From positions 14,872,203 through 14,936,202 of the forward strand of contig NC_057752.1 in assembly GCF_004010195.1 (NCBI RefSeq): 64,000 bases of DNA, given 5' to 3'. Shown here one piece after another: positions 49,026 through 62,108 of this stretch. Source of the stretch: Chiloscyllium plagiosum (Eukaryota). Made by a program: the position numbers and the translations under genes. Within the stretch, counting starts at the first letter, position 1, and every line of letters begins with the position of its first letter. The notes under the pieces are model-generated. The model did not search any database. It saw only the letters and a program-made list of their open reading frames with translations, and was not told the DNA's origin.

Positions 49026-49939
49026 CATAGATTGATTATTTGATTATGGGCAGCATTTGATGGATGATGAACACAGCATACATTCTATTTGGACCTTAGA
49101 GTTTAACAACCTGATGTTCAAAAGCATGTTTCACATAGTTGGAGCATCTTAAATTGCAACCAGTGCAATGCTTGTGAAATGTAATGACTTCTCTAAAGTC
49201 GAGAAACGCAGCAGCTTATTTGTTAATATCAAGGTCAGGCAAACAGCTTTGACATCAATTTCTGCATGGCTGGGAGTAAAATTGTGTTGTGTCCATTCTT
49301 TAGGTGTCATGTGGTCACCTAATGCTGACAAATCTGCAGATGTATTTGCACACTTGTGACTGGCATGCAAGGCATGGTGACTTGCTCCATTGCACATGTA
49401 CATGCATCAGTGAGGATGGGGGGGAGTAAGTGTTGAAGATGGTGGATCGGATGCTAATCATGTCGAGCTGCTTTGTCCAAGGTGGTACTGAGCCTCTTGA
49501 GTGGTGTTAGAATCACACTGATCTGGGAAGGTGAAGAGCATTTTATTACACTTTTGACTTTTGCCTTGTAGATGCTGGATAGGCTTTGGGGAGTTGGGAT
49601 GTGAGTCACTCACCACAGAATTTCTAGCCTCTGACCTGCTCTTGTAAATGCAGTATTTATATAGTTTGTCTGGTTTAGGGTAACGCCCCCCCCCCCCCCC
49701 CCCCCCCCCAGGATGTTGGTGATGGGGATTTAAGAAATGGTAATGCTGTTGAATGTAAAGGAGATGTTAGGTTAGATTCATTTTCATTAGATATAGTCAT
49801 TGCCTTCTTTTGTTAAAATACAATTTCAGGACAAAAAATTAATAATTTAAATGAGTAATTTATAAAAAAATAATACCATTAGAAAGTGCCAAGCAGCAGA
49901 CATAGCTAATATTTATTTGTCAAAACCTGTTTCTTATGT

Positions 49940-50222
49940 TCCTAACCTTCCTTTCCTCTCTGAAGCCCATGAATGTGTTGTCACCTTCCAAATCAGTTAC
50001 TATCTTTACTGCAACTCCAAGTTTGGATGCCAGATCTGCCCCTGTATAGATACAAGATTTTGCAAAGTCACAAATGACATACGATGTGATTTTTACAAAG
50101 GGAAACCATCCCTCCTAGTTCTTCTTGATCTGTCTGCAGTCTTTGACTCTGCCCACACCATCCACCTACGGTTCCTCTCCAGTGTCATCGAGCTGGTTGG
50201 GGCTGCTTTCACCTGGTTCCAT
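49940..50222 (+). mobile_element. L2-like LINE RT fragment
   Basis: SLLVLLDLSAVFD...WF motif (ORF 49917..50225). Confidence 0.65.
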
Positions 50223-50472
50223 TGACAATCCTTCAAGTGAAGAGATTTCTGCTCAGCTCAATTCGAAACAATTGTCATCTTATCTACTCTCCACTTTAGG
50301 GAGAAAGATGTTTAAAAAAAATATCTAGCAGTTGAAGGCTAGGAGGAGGTGGCACAAAAGAGGAGCTGAGGTCCAGGACATACCAGCCATCTTTTTATGA
50401 AATGGCAGGGCAGTCTTGAGGAGCTGAAAGAAGTAACAGTGATTAAGGTAAAGAAGAAAAGGATGGAGTATA

Positions 50473-50683
50473 TGGAGGGAGAACGTGAGGACTGCAGATG
50501 CTGGAGATCAGAGTCGAAGAGTGTGGTGCTGGAAAAGCACTGCCAGTCAGGCAACATCCAAGGAGCAGGAGAATCGTCGTTTCAGGCATAAGCCTGATGA
50601 CGGGCTTATTCCTGAAACATCGATTCTCCTGCTTGGATGCTGCCTGACCAGCTGTGCTTTTCCAGCACCACACTCTTTCACTC
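50473..50683. mobile_element. Fold-back PLE terminal fragment with hammerhead motif
   Basis: 9-bp TSD tggagtata (50464-50472 / 50684-50692); CTGATGA...GAAAC-ATC at ~50595-50622. Confidence 0.82.
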
Positions 50684-52357
50684 TGGAGTATAATGCAGGG
50701 AAGTGAGAGGATCTCCACTTCAATCAGCAAACTGGAAAAACAGAATAGCTTTAAAAGGCATGAAATTTGTACGTGCTGATGTTTTGAGAGACTTTATGTT
50801 TCTTGTATGAGTGCATCAAAAAGGCTTATTCAGCCTATCCATGTATGAGGAAAATCTTTTTCACCCAGAGGGTAGTGGGAAACTGGGAACACATGGCCTG
50901 TCAGGGTGGTCGAGGCAGAAACCATGATAACATTTAGATGTGCTGTCGTGACACCAAGGCATATGAGTCTGTGTGTCAAGTGCGAGAAAATGGGATTAGA
51001 ATAGTTGTGGTTATTTTGACTAGTGCAGACTTGCTAGGTCGAAGGGCCTTTTTATGTACTGTAGACTGCTATGACTGTGTCTGAGCTTTCTCTTCTTCAA
51101 AAGCAGCCGTTGTTTAGTTATAGTTTTGTCTGCCAGCCTTTAAGTTCAATATACCTGGGCCACATCTAAGGTGGTAAATGCTGAGCTAATTCAGTGTAGA
51201 TATGTGCATGCTCCAGGTATGATTAGAACATAGAACATAGAACATAGAAGAATACAGCGCATGCCCGCTACAGGTAAGTAATTTTGAAAAAACTCTTACC
51301 TTAGCTGTAGTCTCCCGGGTTCACCTCGGCCGCTGCTCCCACTCAAATGATTGAGAATAGATATTTATAAAATGAATTCCACCTGGTAAAAGTACAGATG
51401 AAGAAGAGTGCAGTCATCTGTATTTATGCTGGACTGCGGAGTATGAATAATTTGAAGACACACCAACTCCTATTTCCACCTTTGCCGATAAATATTTACC
51501 AGTTTACCAAGATTTACTCTTTCCCCAGTTAATTATTCCGACATTGATTGTCCCTTGACCTTGTCAACAGCAAACCTAAACCTATGTTACAATGATCACT
51601 TTATCTTAAATATTCCCGAAATATCTAATATGAGGAGGCATGCATTTAAGTTGTGTATGGGGAAAGTTTAAAGGCGATGTCAGGGACGCTTTTTTTTTAC
51701 ATACAATGGTGAGAGTCTGGAACCCGTTGTCAGAGCTGGTGGTAGAGCCTGATATGATAGGAGCTTTTAAAGGACTTGTAGATATGCACATCAATATGCT
51801 AGAGCAGGCAGAAGGGATTAGTTTAATTTGGCGTCACGTTCGATCTGTCATTGTGGGCTGAAGGGCCCATTCCTGTGCTGTACAGTTCTGTGTTCAATGA
51901 CTGTCATATAATCCACTTAATCCACTTTATTCCCAAAAGTAATTCTAGCTGTGTCTCATTTACCCCGTGGCTATCTGCACCTGCAACTCACCAATCTTAT
52001 CACCTTGCTCCACTACTTCAAATGCACGTCCAGTAACCTTAATGTAAACTTTATTATTTGCCCCCTTACCTAGCAAATAACTTACTATTTTCTACTGCGC
52101 TGCTATCTGTCTCCCAGTATTCTGTGCACCTTGGGTATTCCTCTCTGATATTGCCGAGTGATTCCCACAGTCCTGCCAATTTAGTTTATACAATCCCTAA
52201 TTGCAGAAGAAAATAAGTCCCGTTTCCATTTTGGTGCAACATGGCCAGCCTGTAGAGCTGCCATCTGTCCCAGAGCTGCTACCAGTGTCCCAGGGATCTG
52301 AAGCCTTTTTTTTCTGCACCATTTCTCCAGCTACGTGTTTGGGGATGCACAACGACT

Positions 52358-52700
52358 TAGTGGTTAGCACTGCTGCCTCACGGCGCCAGGGACCAGGGTT
52401 CAATTCCAACTTCGGGTGACTGTCTGTCTGTGTGGAGTTTGCATGTTCTCCACTTGTCTGCGCGAGTTTCCGCTGGTGCTCCGATTTCCTGCCACAGTCC
52501 AAAGATGTGCAGGTGAGTGTGGATTGGCCATGTTCATTTGCCCCATAGTGTCCAGGGATGTATAGGTTAGGTGCATTAGCCATGGGAAATATACGGTTAG
52601 AAGGAAACGGGTAGGGTGATGGTCTGGGTGGGATGCTCTTCAGAGGATTGGTGTAGACCTGTTAGGTCAAATGGCCTGTTTCTGCACTGTAGGAATTCTG
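52358..52700 (+). mobile_element. HE1-type SINE inserted in a - strand CR1 ORF1 relic (~52170-53400)
   Basis: tagtggttagcactgctgcctca head and V-domain; flanks read as CR1 ORF1 on the - strand. Confidence 0.8.
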
Positions 52701-53959
52701 TGATCCTCCTTTTTCTATCTTCATTTGTGCATTATAGTGGGAATATTTGGGAGTTTGCTACTTTGGAGGTCTTGGTTGCTCATTTCCATCGTAGCTCCCT
52801 AAATTCTGATTGCGCTAACACTTCCCTCTTTCTGCCTACATTGTTGGATTGATGTGGACCACATCTGCTCACTGTTCACCCTCCTGCCTCAGGATGCTCT
52901 GTAGTCACTCAATGACATCCATGACTTGAGCATCTTGCGGGAAACGTACCATGCTGTCTTCACATCTGGCCGCAGAAGCACCTGTCTGTTCCTCTGACAA
53001 CCAACTGATATGCAATGACTGCTTTCCCCATTCCCTTTGTGTTCCCTATGTAGCTGAGCTAGCCATGGTGCTATGATTTTGACTCAAGTTGCATTCTCCA
53101 GATGAATCATTATTCTCGGAAATATTCAGAACTGAGTGCTAGTTGGAGAGTGAGCTGCATTCAGGGGAATTCTGTACTACCCGTATGATTCTACTTGGCT
53201 GTCTGGTGATTACCTATTCCCTCTGCCCCTGCATACTCTTAAGCTGCAGGTTGACCACTTCTATAAACATGCTTTCTGCAAAACTGTCATCACAGTTGTG
53301 CCCATGTGACACCAGCTGCTGCTCAACTTTTGAAAGCCAAAGTTTGAGCTATTACTGCTGAACTCACTTCCTGTACATGGTTATCTTGGTTCCAAGAAGC
53401 ATTCTGGACTTACCATACAGCACAGAGGGTGGCAGTGAAAAGCGCTGAGGAGAATTCTGGGAGAAGTTGGCTCAGTCACCACAGAGAAGGGGGTTGTGTA
53501 GGAACCAGTGCTCAACAGAAGGAAGACTATTCACCAGAGGATTTCAGTTTCTGTACAATAACCTTCAACACCGGTTCCCCACAAAGCTGTGTACTCAACC
53601 CTTTCACTATACTTCTTTGCGTTCACGACTGTATGGCCAAATTCGGCTCTAACTCCATTTACAAATTTGTTGATGACGCCACTATAATGGGTCAGATCTC
53701 AAGCAACAATGTGACAGAGTACAGGAGGGAGATAGACAGCTTAGTGGCATTCTGTAATGATAGCAATCTCTATCTGAATGTCAGCAAAACAAAGGGTCTG
53801 GTCATCAACTTCAGGAAGTAAAGTGAAGGACACACTGTGTCAATGGTGTTGAGGTGGAAGTAGTCGAGAACTTCAAGTTCCTAGGAGTAAGAATCACAAT
53901 TGATGGTCCATCCACATCGATGTTACAGTCAAGAAAGCACACTAACGCCTCTACTTCCT

Positions 53960-54580
53960 TAGAATATAGAACTATGCAACACAGGAACACCCATGGTGTT
54001 GTGCCGAACATGATGCCAAATTAAGTTGATCCCTTCTGCCTGCTCATGGTCCATATTCCTCCATTCCTTGCATATTCATGTGCTTATCTAAGTGTCCCTT
54101 AAATGCCCTTATCGTATCTGCCTCCAACACCACTCCCATCAGTGTGTTCTAGACTCCTACCACTCTGTGTAAAAAAACTTACTCCTCACGTGTCCTTTGA
54201 ACTTCCCCTTCTCATCTTAAATGCATTCCCCCTAGTTTTAGACATTTCAACTCTGGGGGGAAAAAAGATTCTGACCGTCAAACCTACCTACGCATCTCAT
54301 AATTTTATAGACTTCTATCAAGTCTCCCTTCAGCCTCTGTTGCTCCAGTGAAAACAACCCCAGTTTTTCTAGCCTCTTATAGCTCATACCCTTTAATCCA
54401 GGCAGCATCCTGGTAAACTGCTTCTGCACCCCCTCCAAAGTCTCCACAGCCATCCTGTGGTGACCAGAATTGAACGTAATACTCTGTGACCTGACCAAAG
54501 TCTTATAAAGCTGCAACATGACAACCTGATTCTTGTACCCAATTCCCTGACCAATAAAGGCAAGCATGCTTTACACCTTC
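53960..54580 (-). mobile_element. CR1 3' end nested in Rex1
   Basis: ORF 54247..54567 RMLPGLKGMSY...GDLIEVYK. Confidence 0.88.
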
Positions 54581-55436
54581 TAATATGATTTGGCATGTCC
54601 ACAATGTCAGTCACCACTTTTTATAGATGCACAATAGAAAGCATCGTTTCTGGATGCATTTCAGCTTGGTATGGCAACTGCTCTGTGCAAGACCACAAGA
54701 AATTGCAGAGAGTTGTGAACGTAGCCAAGTCCATCATGAAAACTTGGCTTCCTTCCATTGACTCCAGCTACACTTCTGGCTGCCTCGGAAAAGCTGCTAA
54801 CATTGTACAATATAGGCAGATGGTTTGTAAACTCCCACTTGACAGCAGAGAGGTTGGTTCAGTGGTTAATAGTGAAGAAGGTGGTTGTCGGTTACAGGAA
54901 GATATAAATGGGTTGGTCAGATGGTTAGACCAGTGGCAGATTATATTTAACACTGATAAGTGCAAGGTGATCCACTTTGGAAGAAGGAACAAGATGAGGG
55001 GGTATTTAATGAATGACAGGCGACTGGCTGAGAGGAACAGAGAGATCTTGGGGTAATTATTCACAGATCCCTGAAGTTGGCAGAGCAGTGAATAGGATAG
55101 TTAAGAAGGCATATGGGACACTAGCTTTCCTCAGTCATGGCATAAGAGGAGATCATGTTGGAGTTATACAGAGTATTGGTCAGACCACAGCTGGAGTACT
55201 GTGTGCAGTTCTGGTCATGTCACTAAAAGAAGGATGTGTTAGTACTAGAGAGGATACAGAGGCGGTTCACCTGGATGTTGCCTGGGATGGAGAAATTGCT
55301 CTCTTAGTTGCTTTAAGTTGCTCCTTGCACTTTCTATACTCTAGTGGGGCTTCCATTGCTTGCTCTGTTCATATTATTATATCCTTTTTTTTAGGGTCTA
55401 GGTTTGTTCGCTGATATCCAGACGTAGGTTTGATAT

Positions 55437-55476
55437 CCAGACGTTTCATTACCTGGCTAGGTAACATCATCAGTGG
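55437..55476 (-). ncRNA. Minimal type I hammerhead ribozyme motif
   Basis: Reverse complement of 56557-56596. Confidence 0.8.
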
Positions 55477-56556
55477 CGAACTCCAAGTGGAGCGAAGCTG
55501 TTGTCTACTGCTTTCTATTTATATGTTTGTCCTGGATGGGGTTCCTGGGGTTTGTGGTGATGTCATTTCATGTTCGTTTTCTGAGGGGTTGATAGATGGT
55601 ATCTCGATCTATGCATTTGTTTATGGTGTTGTGGTTGGAGTGCCAGGCCTCTAGGAATTCTCTGGCATGTCTTTGCTTAGCCTGTCCCAGGATAGATGTG
55701 TTGTCCCAGTCGGTGGGTTTTTTTCCTCCGTGTGTAGTGATATGAGGGAGAGAGGGTTGTGTCTTTTTGTGGCTAACTGGTGTTTGTGTATCCTGGTGGC
55801 TAACTTTCTTCCTGTTTGTCCTACATAGTGTTTGTGGCAGTCCTTGCATGGAATTTTGTAGACGGCGTTGGTTTTGTCCATGGGATTTACTGGGTCTTTT
55901 AAGTTTGTTAGTATTTGTTTGAGAGTGTTGGTGGGTTTGTGTGCTACTAGGATTCCGAGGGGTCTTAGTAGTCTGGCTGTCATTTCTGAAACTTCTTTGA
56001 TGTATGGTAAGGTGGTTAGGGTTTCTGGCTGTGTTTGGTCTGCTTGTCGTGGTTTGTTCTTGAGGAATCTGCGCACTCTGTTTTTTGAGTATCCGTTCTT
56101 CTTGAATACGTTGTATAGGTGGTTCTCCTCTGTTTTCCGAAGTTAGTCTGTGCTGCAGTGTGAGATGGCTCGGTGGAATAGTGTTCTGATACAGTTTCGT
56201 TTGTGTGTGTTGGGATGGTTGCTGGTGTAGTTAAATATTTAGTCAGTGTTTGTCGGTTTTCTGTATACGCAGGTTTGTAGTTCTCCATTGTCCTTTATTT
56301 CGACTGTGACGTCCAGGAATGCGAGTTTGTTGTCTATTTCTTCCTCCTTGGTGAACTTTATGCCTGTGAGGGTGTTGTTTATGATGTTAAATGTCTCTTC
56401 TATCTTGTTTAATTTTGCGATGACAAAGGTGTCATCTACGTAGCGGACCCAGACAATGAATAAGAAATGACATCACCACAAACCCCAGGAACCCCATCCA
56501 GGACAAACATATAAATAGAAAGCAGGAGACAACAGCTTCGCTTCACTTGGAGGTCG

Positions 56557-56596
56557 CCACTGATGATGTTACCTAGCCAGGTAATGAAACGTCTGG
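56557..56596 (+). ncRNA. Minimal type I hammerhead ribozyme motif, predicted cleavage after C56593
   Basis: cca-CTGATGA-t-gttacc(tagcca)ggtaat-GAAAC-GTC-tgg: stem I cca/tgg, 6-bp stem II, palindromic ACGT stem III. Confidence 0.82.
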
Positions 56597-56699
56597 ATAT
56601 CAAACCTACAGCTCAGCGAGCAAACCTACACCCTAAACCTCAACCTGAGCTACAAACCTTGCAAAAATCCTCTTTTTTTTTTTTTTCTTTTTATCCCGT

Positions 56700-57850
56700 C
56701 TTGTATGGTCCTGGACATCGAGGGTTCTCTTGGCTTGTTGTTCCCCCATTTCACCCTCAAGGGAATGTGTTGGGCTTGTTGTCTCCCCAATTCCATTTTG
56801 AATGCTGTTCTGCTGTAGGTTAACCTTCTTTGGTCAGATCATGCCTTATTTTAAAAATTTGCTATCCTCCCATCCAAAACCCTTTTTTTTTGCAGACGAC
56901 CTGTTTCTTTTTCCATTCGAAACTTAAAGCATGTATTGTTGTGGTCGCTATCACTGAAATGCTCCATCACTGCCACTTTAAACACCTTGACTAGCTTTGT
57001 TCCCTAGTATTAGGTCCAGAACTACACTGTCCCTTGTAAGACCTGCTACATGTTGACATAAAAAGCTCTCCTGGATACATTTCAAGGAATCTGTCCCCTC
57101 TAAACCCTTTATAATATATTTAATCCTTGTTGCACACCTGAATAAATTGTCAACAAATGTGCTCTTCCATTGCCTGTTGACTGTTTGAGGGCGTGTAGTA
57201 CACTACTAACAGTGTGACTGATCGCTTTTCATTCCTAAGCTATGCCCACAAAGCTTCATTTAAACAATCGTTTCAAGGTATCATCCCTCTTTATTGCAGT
57301 AACAGATTCCTTACTCAATAATGCAACACCATCCCGTGTTTTACACCCTGCTCTGTCTTGCCTGAAGATGCTATACCTCAAAATTGGCTGAATTGCCCAT
57401 CCTCTTCCTCCCTCAACTATGTGTCTGATGGCTACAACCTCACAATTCCATATGTGAATTCTTGCCCTGAAGTCATCTGCCTTACCTATAAATAAATTGA
57501 GAATTAAAGTAGAGGCAATACAGCCTCACCTTGCTTCCTTGAAGCCCAACGTGATTGAACTCTCTCTGTCTAGGTTTCTTTTTAAGTTATGCTGTCCCAT
57601 AATTTAAATGTTGCACCGTGTCCCCTGCCTTTGATGAACCAGTTTACACTGCTCTCAACAGCATTAGCAAATCCTCCTGAAAGGATGTTTGTTCCATTCT
57701 GGTTCAATTACAGACAGTCCTGCTTGTGGAGGACCTGTCTTCCCCAGAAACAGTCCAGGAATTGCAAACTCTCCCTCCTCACTTCTCACTCTCACACTCT
57801 TTTGGATGCTCTTCCTCCTGTTGAGCACCACGTCCTAAGGGAACCCCCTC
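56700..57850 (-). mobile_element. Old CR1 relic (ORF1 end and endonuclease region)
   Basis: Reverse strand resembles the ORF1 C-terminus (GTNILSGGFA) and endonuclease (YYTP). Confidence 0.6.
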
Positions 57851-58289
57851 TCGGTTATAGTGTCTGAGCTGACTTCTGCCAGAATCCTCCTTGGTCTCTT
57901 CTCACTGTCACCCTCTGTTGTTTCATTGTGTTTGTCTTGGCAGTAATATTTATCCCAAACACCAGCTGCTCCTCTTGTCTTTCCAAGTGATGGAGTTGTG
58001 GGTTTGAATAATTCTGTCAATTCCTGGTTGAGCTACAAATGTTCAAAGTCCGTCTACGTATCCCTGCTCCTCAATCCATTAAGGGCAAAGTCTCCAGTAG
58101 GTCCAGACCTTGTGGCAGGCTACCTTCTCTGGAGGACATCTCCACAATTTCCCCGATTCATTCAGCTCATTTTCACAACCTGCCTTTCTATTTTTGTGAG
58201 ATTTCTATAACTTTTTTTCTGTTTGAAATTCATTTTGTAGGGTATTGGGAGGTAGAATTTGCATGTTGGAAACTTAAACTTGTTGGCAT

Positions 58290-61270
58290 AATATCTAATT
58301 TAAGATGCTGTAGGAAGGACAGAAAGTGAGGCAAGAAAGGAGGGGCAGTGTCATTTTTGATTAAGGAAAGCATTACTACTGTAATTAGAGAGGATATTTC
58401 TAGAAATAAGAAAGGGATGATAACCTTGATGGGATTGTACTATTGGCCTGCCAACAGTCAGAGAGAAATTGAGGAGCAAATATGTAGAGAGATTTCAGAT
58501 CCATGTAAGAATGGGTTCTAATAGTAGGGGGATTTTAATTTTCCAAACATTGTCATTGTGATAAAGTTTTAAATGGTGAGGAATTTGTTAAGTGTGTTCA
58601 AGAAAAAAAAAGTACCAAATAGCTAAAGAACAAAACTTGATGTCTAGGGAAATATAGCATGTCAAGTGATTCAAGTGTCAAGAGGGGAATACTTTGGGAT
58701 TAGTGATCATAATTTTATTAGTTTTAAAATAGTTATGGAAAAGGATAAGCCTTCCATAAAAGTTATAAATTTCTAAATTGGAGTAAGGCAAATTTTTATG
58801 GTATGAGACAAGAACTTTTGAAAGTTGATTGGAGTAAATCATTCGGAGGTAAAGAGATGACTGACAAGTGGGAGGCTTTTAAAGGTGCGATAACGAGAGT
58901 TCAGAGGCATTATGTTTCCGTTAGAGTGAAGGGTAAGGCTGGTAGGAGGAAGAAACCTTGAATGAGTAAAGATATTGAAGTGCTAGTCAAGAATAAGAAA
59001 GAATCATAGACAACTGGGACCAAATGAATTTTTTGAAAAGTATAAAGAGTATAGGATCATTCTTAAGCGGGAAATCAGGAGGGCAAAGAGGGGATATGAT
59101 AGAGCCTTGGCAGATAAGGTTAAGGATAATCCAAAGGAATTCTACAAGTACATAAACAATCAACTGGAAAGAGACTAGGGACCCTTACAGATCAAGGTCA
59201 TCTATGTGTTGAAGTTCAGGAGATGGGAGGGATGCTAAATTAATATTTTGTGTCAGTTTTTATGTTGGAGAAAGAAGTGGAGGCTAGAGAACTCCAGGAA
59301 ATAAATATTGATGTTTTCAAACCAGTTCACGTTACAGAAGAGGACATGCGAGAGTCTTAAAAAACATAAAGGTGGATAAATCTTGGGGACCTGATCAAGT
59401 GTATCCCAGGATGTTGGGAAGAAATTGTGGGGCCCCTAGCAGAAATATTTGTATCATCTATAACCATGGATGAGGTGCCAGAGGACTGGAGAGTGGCTAA
59501 TGTGCCTATATTTACGAAAGACTCTAAGGAGAAGCCTGGGAACTGTAGACCTGTGGGCCTGACATCGGTGGTGGGTAATGTTTTGTTGGAGGTGATTCTG
59601 AAAGATAGGATTTACTTGCATTTGGAGAGGCAAGGACTAATTAGGGATACTTAGCATGATTGTGTGCAAAGGAAATTGTTTTTCTCAAACTTGATTGAGT
59701 TTTTTGAGGAATTAACCAAAACGATTGAGGGCACAGCGGTAGATGTTGTTTACATGGACTTTAGTAAAGCCTTTGACCAGGTTCTGCATGGTAGACTAAT
59801 TAGTAAATTTAGATTACATGGGATTCAGTGTGAGCTTGCCCATTGGATACAAAATTGGCTTGAAGGTAGGAGACAGAGGGTGGTGGTGGAGGGTTGTTTC
59901 TCGAACTGGAGGCCTGTGACCAGCAGTGTTCCATGGGATTGGTCCTGGGTCCAATTTTGGTTGTCAGTTAAATGATTTGGATGAGAGTTTAGATATGGTT
60001 AGTAAGTTTGCGGATGACACCAAAATTGGTGGTGTAATGGACAGTGAAAAAAGGTATCTAAGGTTACAAAGAGATCTTGAACAATTGGGTAATTGGATTA
60101 AGGATTGGCAGATGTAGTTTCATTGGATGAACGTGAGGTATTGCATTTTGTTAAAACAAACAAGGGCAGGACTTGCACAATTAAAAGTCAGACCTTGGGC
60201 AGTGTTGTAGAACAGAGTGTCCTCAGCGTTCAGGGACATAATTCTTTGAAATTTGCCTTCACTGCTCAGACCTTTGGGTATCGGAATTGGGAAGTCATGT
60301 TGAGATTGTACAAGATGTTGGTGAGGCCTCTTCTGGAGTATCATGTGCTGTTCTGGTTACCTTGCTACAGGCAGGATATTATTAAAGCAGAGAGGATTCA
60401 GAAAAGATTTACCAAGATGTTGCAGGGAATGGAAGGTTTGAGTTATTTGAAAAAAACGCTGGTTAGGCTGGGACATTTTACACCAGAGTTAGGAGGTTGA
60501 GGGGTGACCTTATGGAGGTTTTTAAAATCATGAGTATGGATAAGGTGAATAGCAGGGGTCTTTTCCCTAGTGTGGGGGAGTGCAAAACGGGGGCATATTT
60601 TTAAAGTGAGAGGAGAAAGTTTTAAAAAGGACATAAGGGACAACTTTTTTTTAAACTGCGTAGTTTGTGTGCAATGACCTGTCAGAGGAAGTAGTGGTTG
60701 TGGGTGCAGTTAGAACATTTAAAAAGATACTTACATGAATAAGAAAGGTTTGGAGGCATATGGGCCAAACACAGGCAGGTGGGACTAGTTTAGATTGGGA
60801 ACATGGTCGGTGTGGGCTAGTTGGACCGAAGAGTCTGTTTCCGTGCTGTATGACTCTCTGACTAGATAGGCTTAGATTGTTTATTTATAGCAAAGAAGAC
60901 TGAGGTGAAACATGATTGAAATGTATAAGATTATGAGGGGTATGGACAGAGTGCATCGAGAGCAGCTTATTCCTATTGGTTGAGGGGTCAATCACAGGAG
61001 GACATAGATTTAGGGTAAGGGGCAAGAGATTCAGAGGGGATGCGGAGAAAACTTTTTCACTCAGTCGATGCTGGGAATCTGGAATGCACTGCTTGGGAAG
61101 GTCATGGAGGCTGGAAACCTTCCAACCTTTAAAAAATATTTAGATGAATACCTCAAACATTCAAAGGATATGGGACAAGTGCAGGAAGTTGGATTAATGA
61201 ACTATTAGTGGTAGGTATGTCGGTGCAGATTTGATGGGCTGAAGGGCCTTTTCTACACTGTATGAATCAA
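58290..61270 (+). mobile_element. Long decayed CR1 ORF2 with tail (58290-60860) followed by a second CR1 3' end
   Basis: GLYYWP and GDFNFPNI endonuclease motifs; YMDFSKAFD and KFADDTK; tails at ~60840 and ~61260. Confidence 0.92.
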
Positions 61271-61363
61271 TGAAAACACAATCAAAGACCCCTCCCACCT
61301 TGGTTATACTCTCTTTCATTCTCTTCCATTGGGCAGAAGATAGAAAAATCTGAAAACCTGTAC

Positions 61364-62108
61364 TGTTACGACATGGCGGTAAAGCCCTTCTGCTAATTAA
61401 ACCAAATGCACAGAAAAGCTCACCTCGCCTCGTAATCTGTTGAAGTATGAGTGACAGAGAACTACCAAAATTCCACTATTTAAAGAAAAAATAAGTTTTA
61501 TTCTTTAACTCTAAAAGGGAACATTAAACAACAACTATTTACAACTGTCAGCCTCTTTTGTCTTAAAGGTTTGTTATCTACCTCCCACTGAATAACGATG
61601 TACTGATCCACTAAAGCCCCTGTTAAATCTTCAGCAAATCCATTTTCAAAACAAGACAGTGGTTGTCATCTCCGGTGTCAATCCTCCTCTGTTTGCAGAT
61701 CTCCCTGGGCCATCTTTGGTCTTCTGCTGCAAAGATGTTTCATATGGAAAAGGTATCGTTAATAGAGAGTGGTTTTCAATGGCAGTAGGTGCTGTTTCTC
61801 TGCTGAACTATCCAAAATGCCAGCTTTTTATACCCTAAAACATCAGGTCGTCTCTTGGTTCGATGTTGTCAAAACAGTAAATTTCAAATTTGATTGAATT
61901 TTAGTATCTTGGGGGCATAATTTAAACTGGTTAAATTCAAACTGCTGTGGAAGCAACTCGTGTAACTAGGTTACAGCCCAAATGTTATGTCTTCAAATTG
62001 TCCAGTATGCTTTGTGCCTGCTAGTCAGTCACGCAACCAGTGCTTACCAGCTTTTCAGTTTTCACTCTCTTTTTTAAAGGTATGGAACATGCCTTCAACT
62101 TCATAGCA
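61364..62108 (-). mobile_element. Solo LTR (745 bp)
   Basis: TGTTACGA...TCATAGCA termini and GTAC TSD (61360-63 / 62109-12). On the - strand, TATAAAA at ~61830 precedes AATAAA at ~61500. Confidence 0.85.

Larger units (their letters stand above)
55390..56665 (-). mobile_element. Penelope-like element: RT + GIY-YIG endonuclease, 5'-truncated, with inverted terminal repeat copy (56455-56665)
   Basis: WVRYVDDTFVI at ~56420-56451; LPYIKEVSE; VYKIPCKDCHKHYVGQTGRKLATRIHKH (GIY-YIG); REFLEAWH. Confidence 0.95.

Noticed and set aside
49686..49709. Poly-C run as a functional G-quadruplex
   Set aside because: It is a homopolymer expansion inside a LINE relic, and its length is unreliable.
57835..58329. 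Short ORFs as a host gene
   Set aside because: There is no convincing splice chain, and the position fits the decayed 5' part of the adjacent minus-strand CR1.
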